64,000 nucleotides of DNA from Candidatus Lustribacter sp. (GTDB lineage Bacteria; Vulcanimicrobiota; Vulcanimicrobiia; Vulcanimicrobiales; Vulcanimicrobiaceae), in the NCBI GenBank assembly GCA_965277805.1, contig OZ255842.1:3584001-3648000 (forward strand). The letters run 5' to 3'. A program made the position numbers and the translations under genes. Below are positions 1-9,914 of this stretch, one piece after another (within the stretch, counting starts at the first letter, position 1; each line of letters begins with the position of its first letter). The notes under the pieces were generated by a model, which was not told the origin of the DNA, did no database searches, and worked only from the letters and a program-made list of their open reading frames with translations.

Positions 1-807
1 GACCGCCGGCGGCGCATAGCGCAGCGCGATCGCGATGTGGGTCGGATTCACGACGACGAACGACGCCTCACGCGTGCGCGCGATCCCGCCGCGCACGAGC
101 GTGCGGTGCAGTTGCTTGCGGCGCGACTTCGCTTGCGGGTCGCCGTCTTGCTCCTTCGCGTCGCGCTTGAACTCTTCGAACGTCATCTTCAATGACTGCA
201 GCCAGCGCCGGCGCACGACCGCATAGTCGGCCAGCGCGAACAGCCCGCCGACCCCGGCCGCGACGAAGCAGGCCTGCAGCATGCCGTCCAGCGCCACGCC
301 GGCCGCGGCCGGCACCGACGTCGTCGCCGTAACGGCGGCAACGGTCCGAACGCCCAGCGGTGCAACGATCGCAATGACCGCAACGAACGCAACGCCCGCG
401 CGCGCTGCCGCCACGGCGGCCTCTGTGCCGAACATCCGTTTGATGCCCGGCAGCGGCGCGAGCTTCGCGAATGCGAACGTTACCGGCGCAACGCGCAGGC
501 CGCCGGTTTGCGCGAAAGTGGTCAGCAAGCCGGCTGCGGCTGCGCACGCTGCCGGCACCAGCGCGAGCTCCGTCAACACGAGCAGCGGCAACGGATCGAT
601 GGGTCCGGCGACGTTCGTGCTCGCGCGCACCGCGTTCGCCGCCGCCGCCGTAACGAGCGGTAAGCACGCCGTGAGCCCGAGCACCGCCGCGGCAAATCCG
701 GCGATGCTCGCGAGTTCGTGCGAGCGCGCGGCATTGCCCTCGCGCTTCGCCCGTTCGCGCCGTGACGGCGTCGCGTCGAACCGTTTCTCCGCACCGTCAT
801 CGCTCAC
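1..807 (-). CDS. flhB: Flagellar export substrate-switch protein FlhB (3' end runs off the window)
   Basis: Not in the ORF track because it has no stop in the window. GTG at 807 gives MSDDGAEKRFDATPSRRERAKREGNAARSHEL; in frame near base 40 reads FVVVNPTHIAIALRY (NPTH autocleavage motif). Confidence 0.95.
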   Translation of the reverse strand, partial: MSDDGAEKRFDATPSRRERAKREGNAARSHELASIAGFAAAVLGLTACLPLVTAAAANAVRASTNVAGPIDPLPLLVLTELALVPAACAAAAGLLTTFAQTGGLRVAPVTFAFAKLAPLPGIKRMFGTEAAVAAARAGVAFVAVIAIVAPLGVRTVAAVTATTSVPAAAGVALDGMLQACFVAAGVGGLFALADYAVVRRRWLQSLKMTFEEFKRDAKEQDGDPQAKSRRKQLHRTLVRGGIARTREASFVVVNPTHIAIALRYAPPAV

Positions 808-1520
808 GGGCGCAACTCGAACGGCAACACGAGCCACGGCTGCGCGGCCAGCGGCGCAAACAGTGGGATGCCGCTCAGCGCAACGACGATCGCGACCGCG
901 AACACTACCGGAAACGCAAGCGAGAAGCTCGCCAGCCGCGGCACGACACGCGCCACCGCAGCCAGCGCGACCTGCACGGTCAACGCAACGGCCAGCGCCG
1001 GTGCCGCAATGAGCAGCGCGGCGCGAACGATCGTCGCGGGCAGTGCAATAGCGAACTGCGTCCACGCTGCCGGCGCGATGATCCCGCCGGGTGCAACGGC
1101 GTCGAAACTGCCCGCGAACGCGCGTACGACCGGCACGTAGCCGTCGAGGAGAAAAAAGCCGGCCAGAAAGACGGACGACCATAGACGGCCGAACGCCTGC
1201 GCCGAAGTGACGTTGGCGTTCGGCACCGCGCCGCGCACGCCGACGTAATCGTCGATCGTGCGCCCGGCGTAATATGCACCGTCGTAGAGCAGCGAGGCGC
1301 CGGTGCCGATGGCCGCACCGAGCAGCGTCTCGCCGGCAACCGCGAGCGTGAACCGGACGCCGTCGAAGGACGCAGCGCGCACGTGCGGCGCGATGACGAA
1401 AGCCAGCGCGAGCGCCAGTGCCGCGCGCACCGGCGGCGGCACGCTTGGGTGCGAGAAGCCCGGTGCCCGGAAGATCATGCCTGCGCTGCGCGCGAAGACG
1501 AGCAGCATCGTCTGCGTCAT
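804..1520 (-). CDS. fliR: Flagellar export gate protein FliR
   Basis: MTQTMLLVFARSAGMIFRAPGFS...GETLLGAAIG...RVVPRLASFSLAFP; hydrophobic; ATG overlaps the fliQ stop; lies between fliQ and flhB. Confidence 0.9.
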   Translation of the reverse strand: MTQTMLLVFARSAGMIFRAPGFSHPSVPPPVRAALALALAFVIAPHVRAASFDGVRFTLAVAGETLLGAAIGTGASLLYDGAYYAGRTIDDYVGVRGAVPNANVTSAQAFGRLWSSVFLAGFFLLDGYVPVVRAFAGSFDAVAPGGIIAPAAWTQFAIALPATIVRAALLIAAPALAVALTVQVALAAVARVVPRLASFSLAFPVVFAVAIVVALSGIPLFAPLAAQPWLVLPFELRP

Positions 1521-1783
1521 CCACGCACGAGCTGCGGGATGCGCGCCACCGCCTCGAGCAGCAATTGCTCGCAAAGCGTGAGGCCGAAACGGCCGAACAG
1601 CGCGCAGGCGAGGCCGACGACGATGACTTTCGGTAACAGCGTGAGCGTCTGTTCCTGGATCTGCGTCGCTGCCTGAAGGATTGCCACGAGCGCGCCGACG
1701 AGCGTCGCAATCGTCAGAATCGGGATCGTCAACAGCGCCGTTACCAGCAGCGCGTCACGTAAGAGGCTCTCAAACTCGGCCAC
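1517..1783 (-). CDS. fliQ: Flagellar export gate protein FliQ
   Basis: 88 aa containing LVAILQAATQIQEQTLTLLPK. Confidence 0.95.
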   Translation of the reverse strand: MAEFESLLRDALLVTALLTIPILTIATLVGALVAILQAATQIQEQTLTLLPKVIVVGLACALFGRFGLTLCEQLLLEAVARIPQLVRG

Positions 1784-1850
1784 ACCGCATACTCGCCGTT
1801 ACGCGATGACCGCGCGATGACCGGGATGTTGCGAAACCTCGACGATTTTC

Positions 1851-1878
1851 GCGGTCCCTCGACAAGCTTGGGATGACA
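1851..1878 (+). repeat. REP-like dispersed repeat, copy 1
   Basis: GCGGTCCCTCGACAAGCTTGGGATGACA; one mismatch to the copy at 6950. Confidence 0.9.
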
Positions 1879-1926
1879 AACTGCGCGCAGGAGATCAGGC
1901 CTGTGCCACGTACGGCAAAAATTACC

Positions 1927-3345
1927 ATGCCGGCCAAGACGATGTTCGACAAGATCTGGGAGCGCCACGCCATCCTCGAAGAGGCAGACGAGACCCTCCT
2001 CTACGTCGACCGCTGTCTATTACATGAGGGCTCGAGTCACACGTTCGAAAACTTGCGCGAAACCTCGACGCCGGTAGCGCGTCACAAGCAAGTGTTTGCT
2101 TTCGCCGATCACTACGTGCCGAGCGATCCCGAGCAGCGCAAGCGGGGAACGACCGCAATTGCCGATCCGGAGATTCGTCACATGGTCGAGCTGCTCGAGA
2201 GCAACACGACCGAACACGGCATCACGCAGTTCGGCATCGCTGACGAGCGTCAGGGCATCCATCACGTTGCCGGTCCCGAGCTCGGCATCACGCTGCCCGG
2301 TCTCGTGATCACCGGCGGCGACTCACACACGTCCACGCACGGTGCGTTCGGAAATTTTTCGTTCGGCATCGGCGCTTCGGAAGTCACGCACGTGCTCGCA
2401 ACGCAAACGATTTGGCAGCGCCGGCCCGGCAACAAGCGGATCGTGGTCGACGGCACGCTCGGCTTCGGCGTCGCACCGAAAGACCTGATCCTCGCGATCA
2501 TCGCGCGCATCGGCATCGGCGGCGGTCTCGGCCACGTGCTCGAATACGCCGGCTCGACGTTCCGCAAGATGTCGATGGACGAGCGCATGACCATCTGCAA
2601 CATGTCGATCGAAGCGGGCGCGCGCGCCGGCATGATCGCCCCTGACGACGTCACGTACGCTTATATTGAAGGCCGCCCATATGCGCCGCAGGGCGCAGAC
2701 TTCGAGCGTGCGGTCGCATACTGGAAGACCCTGCCATCGGATGACGACGCCAAATTCGATCAAATCGTCACGCTCGATGCGGCCGCAATCGCGCCGCACG
2801 TCACCTGGGGGACGAATCCCGAACAGGGCCGGCCGATCTCCGAACGCGTCCCCGATCCGGCCGCCGAAGCCGATCCGGAACGCCGCGCCGAAATCGCCAA
2901 GTCGCTGCAGTACATGGACCTCAGGCCCGGCATGCCGCTAACCGAGATCGGCGTCGATCGCGTCTTCATCGGCTCGTGCACGAACAGCCGCATCGAAGAT
3001 CTGCGCTCCGCCGCCGCCGTTGCGCGTCGCGGTCACGCCGTGGTGCCGACGTGGGTTGTGCCCGGCTCGGTTGCGGTGAAACGGCAAGCCGAAGCGGAGG
3101 GCCTCGATCGCGTGTTCATTACGGCGGGCTTCGAATGGCGCGAACCGGGCTGCTCGCTGTGCACGGCGCTCAACGGCGACATGATTCAGCCGGGCGAACG
3201 CTGCGCGTCAACCTCAAACCGCAATTTCCCCGGCCGGCAAGGACCGCTCGGACGCACGCACCTGATGAGCCCGGCGATGGCCGCAGCCGCGGCGATCACG
3301 GGTCACCTCACCGACGTTCGCCAACTCTCCGCCGGCAACAACTAA
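1927..3345 (+). CDS. leuC: Aconitase-family LeuC-like dehydratase/isomerase large subunit (divergent paralogue)
   Basis: KTMFDKIW, GDSHTSTHGAFG, FIGSCTNSRIEDLR, PGCSLC, STSNRNFPGRQG. Confidence 0.85.
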   Translation: MPAKTMFDKIWERHAILEEADETLLYVDRCLLHEGSSHTFENLRETSTPVARHKQVFAFADHYVPSDPEQRKRGTTAIADPEIRHMVELLESNTTEHGITQFGIADERQGIHHVAGPELGITLPGLVITGGDSHTSTHGAFGNFSFGIGASEVTHVLATQTIWQRRPGNKRIVVDGTLGFGVAPKDLILAIIARIGIGGGLGHVLEYAGSTFRKMSMDERMTICNMSIEAGARAGMIAPDDVTYAYIEGRPYAPQGADFERAVAYWKTLPSDDDAKFDQIVTLDAAAIAPHVTWGTNPEQGRPISERVPDPAAEADPERRAEIAKSLQYMDLRPGMPLTEIGVDRVFIGSCTNSRIEDLRSAAAVARRGHAVVPTWVVPGSVAVKRQAEAEGLDRVFITAGFEWREPGCSLCTALNGDMIQPGERCASTSNRNFPGRQGPLGRTHLMSPAMAAAAAITGHLTDVRQLSAGNN

Positions 3346-3962
3346 TGGAACCATTCACCCGCGTCACGGCGATCGCCGTGCCGTTCGACGAAGCCAACGT
3401 CGATACGAACCAGCTCTGCCCGACTCGCTTCAACAAGGTTCCGCGCGGCGAACGCTTCTGGAGCGTGATGCTGCACGACCGGCGCTTCAATCCGGATGAG
3501 TCGGAGAAGCCCGAGTTCATCTTCAATCAAGAACCATACCGGAAGGCCGGCATCATCGTGGCCGGCCGCAACTTCGGCGTCGGGTCGTCGCGCGAGACGG
3601 CGGTCTTCGGGCTCGTCTACTTTGGCATCCGGTGCGTCATCGCGCCGAGCCTGGGCGACATCTTCACCAACAACGCATACAAGAACGGGTTGCTCCCGAT
3701 CGTCCTGCCGGCCGAAGCGGTGACCGATCTCATGCAGCAACTGCAAGCCGAACGCGGCGCGGAGATCACCGTCGATCTGCCGAGTCAAGCCGTGATCGCG
3801 CCCAATGGCACGACCTACACGTTCGACATCAAGCCGCTGCGCAAGCGCTGCTTGAGTCTCGGTCTGGATGAGATCGCGCTAACCAAAACGTTCGGCGACA
3901 AGATCGATTCGTTCGAGGCGAACTACAAACGCACGTATGACTGGCTCGACACCGGAGCCTGA
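3345..3962 (+). CDS. leuD: LeuD-like small subunit (divergent paralogue)
   Basis: ATG overlaps the leuC stop; NVDTNQLCP, GRNFGVGSSRE, GDIFTNNAYKNGLLPI, GLDEIALT. Confidence 0.85.
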   Translation: MEPFTRVTAIAVPFDEANVDTNQLCPTRFNKVPRGERFWSVMLHDRRFNPDESEKPEFIFNQEPYRKAGIIVAGRNFGVGSSRETAVFGLVYFGIRCVIAPSLGDIFTNNAYKNGLLPIVLPAEAVTDLMQQLQAERGAEITVDLPSQAVIAPNGTTYTFDIKPLRKRCLSLGLDEIALTKTFGDKIDSFEANYKRTYDWLDTGA

Positions 3963-4443
3963 TCGCCCCTCGACGCTCGAGCACCTCGGCTTCGTCTTGG
4001 TGCTCGGTGTATTCATGGGCTGGTATCTCTGGAACAGCGCTGCCGCATCGGCGACCTTTGAGAACTTGTTCTTGGTCGGCCCGGTCAGCGTGCTCGGGCT
4101 CGCGCTGGTCGCGATCGTCATCGGGTTGACCATCGCGCAGAAAAACGCGCCGGCCGCAGCCGCGGGAGCGATCCCGGATCGCTTGCCGGTTGGCCGCACG
4201 CGCGATGCGATCGCCGTCATTATCGCGTTTCTCGTTTTCGTCGCTGCAGCACCGGTCATCGGTTTCGATCTCTCGACCTTCTTCTTCATGGCCGCCGTGA
4301 TGTGGTACCTCGGCGAGCGGCGCATCGTGTGGATCGCGGGCATCTCGCTCGCGCTCGCGGTGCTGCTCACCATCGGCGCGCTCGCGACGCTGACCTATCC
4401 CCTGCCGACCGCGATTCTCGGCCGGCTCTGGGCGCTGCTGTGA
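3937..4443 (+). CDS. tctB: Tripartite tricarboxylate transporter small membrane subunit TctB-like
   Basis: 168 aa with 4-5 TM segments, directly upstream of tctA. Confidence 0.7.
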   Translation: MTGSTPEPDRPSTLEHLGFVLVLGVFMGWYLWNSAAASATFENLFLVGPVSVLGLALVAIVIGLTIAQKNAPAAAAGAIPDRLPVGRTRDAIAVIIAFLVFVAAAPVIGFDLSTFFFMAAVMWYLGERRIVWIAGISLALAVLLTIGALATLTYPLPTAILGRLWALL

Positions 4444-5963
4444 TCGATCTCCACGCGCTGCAATCGGCGTTCACGATTCTCTCATCGTCAAACTTGGCGT
4501 GGCTGCTCGTCGTTCCGGGCGTCATCCTCGGCATGCTCGGCGGTGCCTTGCCCGGCGTCTCCGGCGCGCTGATTTTGGCGCTCGTGCTGCCGGTGACGCT
4601 GCGTATGGATTTTCTGCCGGCGCTCGTGTTTCTCACCGCAATCCACACCGGCTCGCTGTTCGGCGTTGCAGTGCCCGCGATTCTCATGAACGTGCCGGGC
4701 TCGGCGGCCGCAGTCGCCACGTCTTTCGACGGCTATCCGATGTCGCGGCGCGGCGAACACAACGTCGCGCTCGGCCTCGCGCTTTCGGCCTCCGTGCTTG
4801 GCCATCTCGGCGCCTACATTCTGCTGTTCTTGTGGATCGAACCGATTTCGCACGCGGTGTTGAAGCTTGGTCCGCCGGAGATGCTGTTGATCATGCTGTG
4901 GGGCCTGACGCTCATCGCGGCCTTACGCGGCAAACACATGTCGCGCAGCCTGCTCGCCGGCGTGCTCGGCATTTTGATCGGCACGATCGGGCTCAGTCCG
5001 GGCGGCGCGATTCGCGGCACGTTCGGCATACCGGATCTGCTCGACGGCGTCCCCGTCATCTCGGCGCTGATCGGGCTTTTCGCAGCCGGCGAACTCTTCA
5101 ATCTGGCGGGCACGAAGTTTCTCGTCGATGCGGCCGAACATCGCCGCGTTCGCATCAACGAGATCATCCGCGGTATGCTCGCGGCGCTGCGGTACCCGGT
5201 CGTCATCCTGCGCGGGCTCGCGATCGGCTCGACCATCGGCGGCCTGCCCGGCGTCGGCGCATCTGTCTGCAATCTCATCTCCTACGTCGAGACGCGCCGC
5301 ACCGACAAACACCCGGAAACGTTCGGCACGGGCAATCCCAAAGGCGTCGTCGCCGCCGAAGCGGGCAACGCGAGCTCCGAAGGCGGCTCGATGGCGACGC
5401 TGCTCGCGCTCGGCATCCCGGGTGGCGCCTCGTCGGCCGTGATGCTGGCCGCCTTTGCGCTGCACAATATCACCGGCGGCCCGCAATTCATCACGAAGTC
5501 CAAAGATGTCGTCTACGCAATCATCATGACGAACTTCGCCAACGGCGTCGTGCTGCTGCTGCTCGGCATCGTGCTGACCGGTCTGATGGCAAACATCGTG
5601 CGCATTCCCGTACGCATCCTCATCCCGGCGATCTTGGCGCTCGCGACGTTCGGTGCGTACAGCTTCGACGGCAGCATGATCGGGCCGTTCACCATGGCGG
5701 TGTTTGCCGTGCTCGGCTGGTTCATGCGCCGTCACGATTATTCGATCCCCGCCTGCGCCGTCGGCTTGATCCTCGGCAAGAACATCGAACAGCAACTGCT
5801 CAACTCGATTCAGGTGAGCGGCGGCGGACTCAGCTACTTCTTAGGCCGGCCGATCGCGCTGACACTTTTCGTGCTTCTCGTCGGTTCGATGGTCTATCGC
5901 CCGGTCATGGACCGGGTACGCACGTTCGGCCGGCGCGCCGAGAAAGATCCCGCTGCATGTTGA
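4440..5963 (+). CDS. tctA: Tripartite tricarboxylate transporter large permease TctA
   Basis: GTG at 4440; GALPGVSG, AILMNVPGSAAAVATSFDGYPM, FGTGNPKGVVAAEAGN, LALGIPG. Confidence 0.92.
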   Translation: MIDLHALQSAFTILSSSNLAWLLVVPGVILGMLGGALPGVSGALILALVLPVTLRMDFLPALVFLTAIHTGSLFGVAVPAILMNVPGSAAAVATSFDGYPMSRRGEHNVALGLALSASVLGHLGAYILLFLWIEPISHAVLKLGPPEMLLIMLWGLTLIAALRGKHMSRSLLAGVLGILIGTIGLSPGGAIRGTFGIPDLLDGVPVISALIGLFAAGELFNLAGTKFLVDAAEHRRVRINEIIRGMLAALRYPVVILRGLAIGSTIGGLPGVGASVCNLISYVETRRTDKHPETFGTGNPKGVVAAEAGNASSEGGSMATLLALGIPGGASSAVMLAAFALHNITGGPQFITKSKDVVYAIIMTNFANGVVLLLLGIVLTGLMANIVRIPVRILIPAILALATFGAYSFDGSMIGPFTMAVFAVLGWFMRRHDYSIPACAVGLILGKNIEQQLLNSIQVSGGGLSYFLGRPIALTLFVLLVGSMVYRPVMDRVRTFGRRAEKDPAAC

Positions 5964-6949
5964 TTCGCTGGTTGTTGCCCGTTCTCGGACTCGTGCTCGC
6001 GCTCACGGCGGGCCGCACGATGGCTGCCGACGACGCGTGGCCAACCAAACCGCTCACGATCGTGGTTGCGACGGCGGCCGGCGGCGGCTTCGACCTCATG
6101 GCGCGCATGACGGCCCCGCTGCTCGGCCAGCAACTCGGCGTTCCGGTGGCGGTCATCAACAAGGAGGGCGGCTCCGAGCTGATCGGCTCCGCGTATCTGC
6201 TAAGCCAGCCGCACGACGGCAACACGATCCTGGTCGTGGGTTCGGTGCCGTATTGGTATGCCGACATCAACGAATTGCACGCACCGTTCAAACTCGCCGA
6301 TTTCGACGTGCTCAACATTCAGTCGGAAGACCGCTCGTCGGTGATGGTTCCGAAAGACAGCCGGTTCAAGTCGCTCAAAGATCTGCTGACCGAAGTGAAG
6401 GCGCATCCGGGGACGCTCAGCGTCGCGGTCGTTCGCGACTCGGGGGAGTTCTATAACTTCGGCATCATGCGCGAGAGCCTCGGTTTGCCGCCCTCGGCGA
6501 TTCGCGTCGTCACGTATGAATCGAGCGCACCGCTGCGCACGGCGCTCGCGGGCGGCCAAGTCGATTTCGCCGTCATCTCGCTCGATGCGAGCGCATCGAT
6601 CATTCAGCTGCTGAAACCGCTGGCGATCTTCGGACCGCCCGATAAAGCATTCCCCGGGCTGCCGTCGGTCGAGAGCGTGATCAAACCGATGGGCGCGAAG
6701 TCGCCCGAATTCGTGCCGAGTTCTTACCGCGCATTCGTCGTGCCGGCCGACTTCAAGACGCTCTATCCCGACCGCTACAAAAAGCTACTGCACGCCTACC
6801 AAACGGTCGTGCAGAGCCCCGAGCTGATCCAGAAAGCTGCCGCAGCAAGTCTGCCGGCGCTTTGGCTCGGCCCCGACAAGTCGAAGCAAGAGATCGACCA
6901 TGCCTTCACGCTGTTTCAAAAACATGGAAACTTGCTAACGGAAAAGTGA
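5957..6949 (+). CDS. tctC: TctC/Bug-family periplasmic binding protein
   Basis: ATG at 5957, signal peptide, WPTKPLTIVVATAAGGGFDLMAR, LGVPVAVINKEGG, ALAGGQVD. Confidence 0.9.
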   Translation: MLIRWLLPVLGLVLALTAGRTMAADDAWPTKPLTIVVATAAGGGFDLMARMTAPLLGQQLGVPVAVINKEGGSELIGSAYLLSQPHDGNTILVVGSVPYWYADINELHAPFKLADFDVLNIQSEDRSSVMVPKDSRFKSLKDLLTEVKAHPGTLSVAVVRDSGEFYNFGIMRESLGLPPSAIRVVTYESSAPLRTALAGGQVDFAVISLDASASIIQLLKPLAIFGPPDKAFPGLPSVESVIKPMGAKSPEFVPSSYRAFVVPADFKTLYPDRYKKLLHAYQTVVQSPELIQKAAAASLPALWLGPDKSKQEIDHAFTLFQKHGNLLTEK

Positions 6950-6980
6950 GTGGCGGTCCCTCGACAAGCTCGGGATGACA
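6950..6980 (+). repeat. REP-like dispersed repeat, copy 2 (consensus form)
   Basis: GTGGCGGTCCCTCGACAAGCTCGGGATGACA, beginning immediately after the tctC stop. Confidence 0.92.
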
Positions 6981-7157
6981 GTGGGCATGGTTGGCTACCG
7001 TACATAATACCGTGCAGTAGGTCGAACGACCCATTGCCGAGCGTATTCTCGACTTAGTAGCATTACAGAGCCGTAGTTAGGCCGTCTGAACGAGGGAGCG
7101 ATACGTGTTTGCTCCGGCTCGCAAATATGCCCCGATTGCCGTTTTGAGCTGGGGACC

Positions 7158-8357
7158 GTGATACGTCACCGCTGGCTGAGTTCGTTTGCCTTCTACTTGC
7201 TGGCGACGAACTGTGCCCAGCGGCAAGCCCGCGCGGCTGACGCTCCTGCGCCGGCGGCATTCCAAGAATGGAGTACCGCATTCGCGGCGTGGATCACCGA
7301 GAACCAAGTGAGTAAGAGCGGCTTGGCGCGCTATTATCGCTTCGGCCCCCTTTCGGATCTCGAATCGACCGTCGCGACCGCATATGCGATCATTTACTTT
7401 TGTGCGAACGATCCGCGAGCGGCAATTGCGTTCGGTGATGCACTGCTTGCGCTTCAGCGGCGATTCCAGCACGACAAACTGGTCGGTGGCGGCATTCCGA
7501 GCGATCCGGAAAAGAAGAACGCCGGCTTTTATTCAGGGGATGCCTTGATCGCCCTGGACGCGATGATGGCGCTATATTCCGTGACGCACGATGCGAAGTA
7601 CGCCGAATCAGCACGCCTACTTGCCGGCTTCATCGTACGGTTGTCCGATGGCGAGCGCCTCGGCGCCTTGGCGAAGAACTTGTCGTTTCCGATTGCCTAC
7701 GTCGTCCCGGACGGTACGTTCGAAAACTCCATTCGAACCGACGTTCCGTTGATGTGCTTCAAAGCGCTCGGGAATTATGCCGCGCTCAGCAAGGACCGTG
7801 ATGCGCAGATCCTCTATGAAGGCGGGCGGCAATTCGTCTTGGCAGAAGCGCAGAGCGCGAGCGGCGTGTTCTACGATCATTACGATCCGGGCTACCCTCC
7901 GAAGCACTACAGTCGCGACCGCTGGCGCTTTTATTCGAGCCAGCATGGTCGCGACGCCGTCCTCGCAGACAACGTCCTCATGGCGGCGTTGGGCATCAAG
8001 CGGCTCGGCGGACAGCCGCAGGTCGATCGCTTTCTCGACTGGCTCAAACCCCACGACGGAGCGTTTTACGGATACACGGACGCGCACACGTCGGATTCGG
8101 CGTTTTTGCCCCTCAGCGTACCCTATTTCGACATCGTCGCGTCCGGCATGTACCTCACGCTTGTCGCAGGGACTCCCAAAGCCGACGGGGCGGACGCTCG
8201 GGCCGCGCGCCGGCTGTTAGAGCGCCAGCGTGCCCCGGACGGAGGCTGGTACTGGGGGCTTCAGACCGACGGTCTCCATACCGACAGCAACGCCGAAGCA
8301 CTCATCACCGGTTTTTGGGCGGTTCGAACGTTGAGCGATGCGGCGTGGCTCGGATGA
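7158..8357 (+). CDS. Secreted protein, possibly an alpha/alpha-toroid glycoside hydrolase/epimerase-like fold
   Basis: Signal-like N-terminus; repeated helical units (FYSGDALIALDAMMALYSVTHDAKYAESA; QRAPDGGWYW); first gene of an overlapping 7-gene run. Confidence 0.5.
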   Translation: MIRHRWLSSFAFYLLATNCAQRQARAADAPAPAAFQEWSTAFAAWITENQVSKSGLARYYRFGPLSDLESTVATAYAIIYFCANDPRAAIAFGDALLALQRRFQHDKLVGGGIPSDPEKKNAGFYSGDALIALDAMMALYSVTHDAKYAESARLLAGFIVRLSDGERLGALAKNLSFPIAYVVPDGTFENSIRTDVPLMCFKALGNYAALSKDRDAQILYEGGRQFVLAEAQSASGVFYDHYDPGYPPKHYSRDRWRFYSSQHGRDAVLADNVLMAALGIKRLGGQPQVDRFLDWLKPHDGAFYGYTDAHTSDSAFLPLSVPYFDIVASGMYLTLVAGTPKADGADARAARRLLERQRAPDGGWYWGLQTDGLHTDSNAEALITGFWAVRTLSDAAWLG

Positions 8358-9172
8358 GAGCGGCTGCGTTGGCCTGTGCTTGTGCGTTGGCGACCATGAA
8401 CGCCCTCGCACCGGCGTCGGCTGCGCCAACGACCGAAGTGGAACTGAGCCAGAGCGCCATCTACTTCACGAGCCCCGGGGACACGTACGGTCCCTGGCAC
8501 TTCACCTCGCTGACGGTCGAAAGCAATGCCAACGGGTCGACCTACGGCGGCGAAGTGGACTATGGCACCACCGAGCAGTCGTTGTCGGACATTTCACGCG
8601 GGACGTTCGTCTCGCTCAATAACACGCAAAACTGGACGAATACGTTCTACACGTTTGCCGCGATCGGCGCAGGCACGGCGAACCCATACCCGACGCTTTC
8701 AGCATATCTCGAAGCCGACTTCAAGACATTGCCTTCCCGCCGGCTCGTTCTTTCGGTTGGTCTCGGCACCGACCACTATGCGTCCGGCTTCGGCGGCAAC
8801 CTGCTTTCGATCGGCGGCGAGTACTACTGGCCGAAATTCGTCGCCGGTGTGCGGGCGCTCATCGACCACAACACGTCGAGTCCGACGGTACTGGGCGCCC
8901 TTACGACGTTTGAATACGACCCTGCCGCGGGCCGCAGCATCATCGGCACCCTGCAAGTCGGACAACAGGATTATCTTTCAGCGGCACCGTCGCTGCCGCC
9001 ATCTCGCGCGAACTATCAAGGCTACGCCGCGACGTTGACCTTCAAGCAGAACATCACCCGGTCGGTAGGTGTCGCCTTGGGCGGCGTGCTGCAGCAACAG
9101 CACGACGCGGTTAGCGGTCTACCCGTCTTTACCTCACGCGGCTTTACTTTCGGCTTCTATTTCGAGCAGTGA
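8354..9172 (+). CDS. Outer-membrane beta-barrel, YaiO-like
   Basis: ATG at 8354, signal peptide, alternating aromatic beta-strands (LSIGGEYYWPKFVAGVR), C-terminal GFTFGFYFEQ. Confidence 0.6.
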   Translation: MRAAALACACALATMNALAPASAAPTTEVELSQSAIYFTSPGDTYGPWHFTSLTVESNANGSTYGGEVDYGTTEQSLSDISRGTFVSLNNTQNWTNTFYTFAAIGAGTANPYPTLSAYLEADFKTLPSRRLVLSVGLGTDHYASGFGGNLLSIGGEYYWPKFVAGVRALIDHNTSSPTVLGALTTFEYDPAAGRSIIGTLQVGQQDYLSAAPSLPPSRANYQGYAATLTFKQNITRSVGVALGGVLQQQHDAVSGLPVFTSRGFTFGFYFEQ

Positions 9173-9173
9173 G

Positions 9174-9914
9174 ATGCTTCCACACCGTGCCCATCGTCGC
9201 CTGAAGCGGACGCACCGGCCGTTTATCGCACTGCTTGCGTTCGCTGCTGCAGTCGAAGGTGTACTGTTCGCATTTTTGCCCTCCGTATTGCGCGCCGGCG
9301 TGATGCTTGACGCAAGCCTTCTCCAAGCACTCGGACAAAGCGCACCGGTCATATACGACAATTTCTTGCACCTCGGCGCTACCGTGATCGGATTGGCGCT
9401 GCCGCCCATCGACTACCGCACGCTGACGGTTCTGTCGGCAAGCGGAGTCGCGCTGATCGCGATCGTGTCGGCAATCCGTCTGCCGTTGCCGATCCGCTAC
9501 GGCGTCAATCTGCATCTCATCCTCGTGATCGCCGCCGCGATGTACCTACTCGCCGGAACGGCGCCGGGTTACGATGGAACGGAATTCTCCGCGCTGATCG
9601 TTCATACCGCGCTCCTCACCATTCCGGTGCTCGCGCTGTTTGCGGCCGCCATGGGGGTTCTCTTCCCGTTGACTCTGCCGGAAACCATCGGTTTCGTGCT
9701 GGCGGTGGTTGCGTATGATTTCGTACTGACCGTCCTGCGGTACGCCGCGTTTCTCATCATCGCAGCTCACCTGGGTGCTATCGTGTTGCCGCTGCTTTAT
9801 ATGCTTTACGGCCCCTTACTCGACATCTTGCCGATCGGAATGATGCTCATGGTGCTCCTTACCCGCGTTTCAGCGCGCCTGCAACGTACTCCCGAGGCGT
9901 GGCAATGGATGTAG
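9174..9914 (+). CDS. Multi-pass membrane protein of unknown function
   Basis: ATG at 9174; about 7 hydrophobic segments; overlaps the GT2 start. Confidence 0.7.
   Translation: MLPHRAHRRLKRTHRPFIALLAFAAAVEGVLFAFLPSVLRAGVMLDASLLQALGQSAPVIYDNFLHLGATVIGLALPPIDYRTLTVLSASGVALIAIVSAIRLPLPIRYGVNLHLILVIAAAMYLLAGTAPGYDGTEFSALIVHTALLTIPVLALFAAAMGVLFPLTLPETIGFVLAVVAYDFVLTVLRYAAFLIIAAHLGAIVLPLLYMLYGPLLDILPIGMMLMVLLTRVSARLQRTPEAWQWM

Noticed and set aside
4499-6949. 816-aa ORF
   Set aside because: The N-terminal ~490 aa are an Arg-rich alternative frame over tctA; the real TctC begins at 5957.
7095-7115. GGAGC...GCTCC hairpin upstream of the polysaccharide operon as a c-di-GMP riboswitch
   Set aside because: It is a single short stem; no conserved riboswitch motifs were recognised. 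An Rfam search would be needed.
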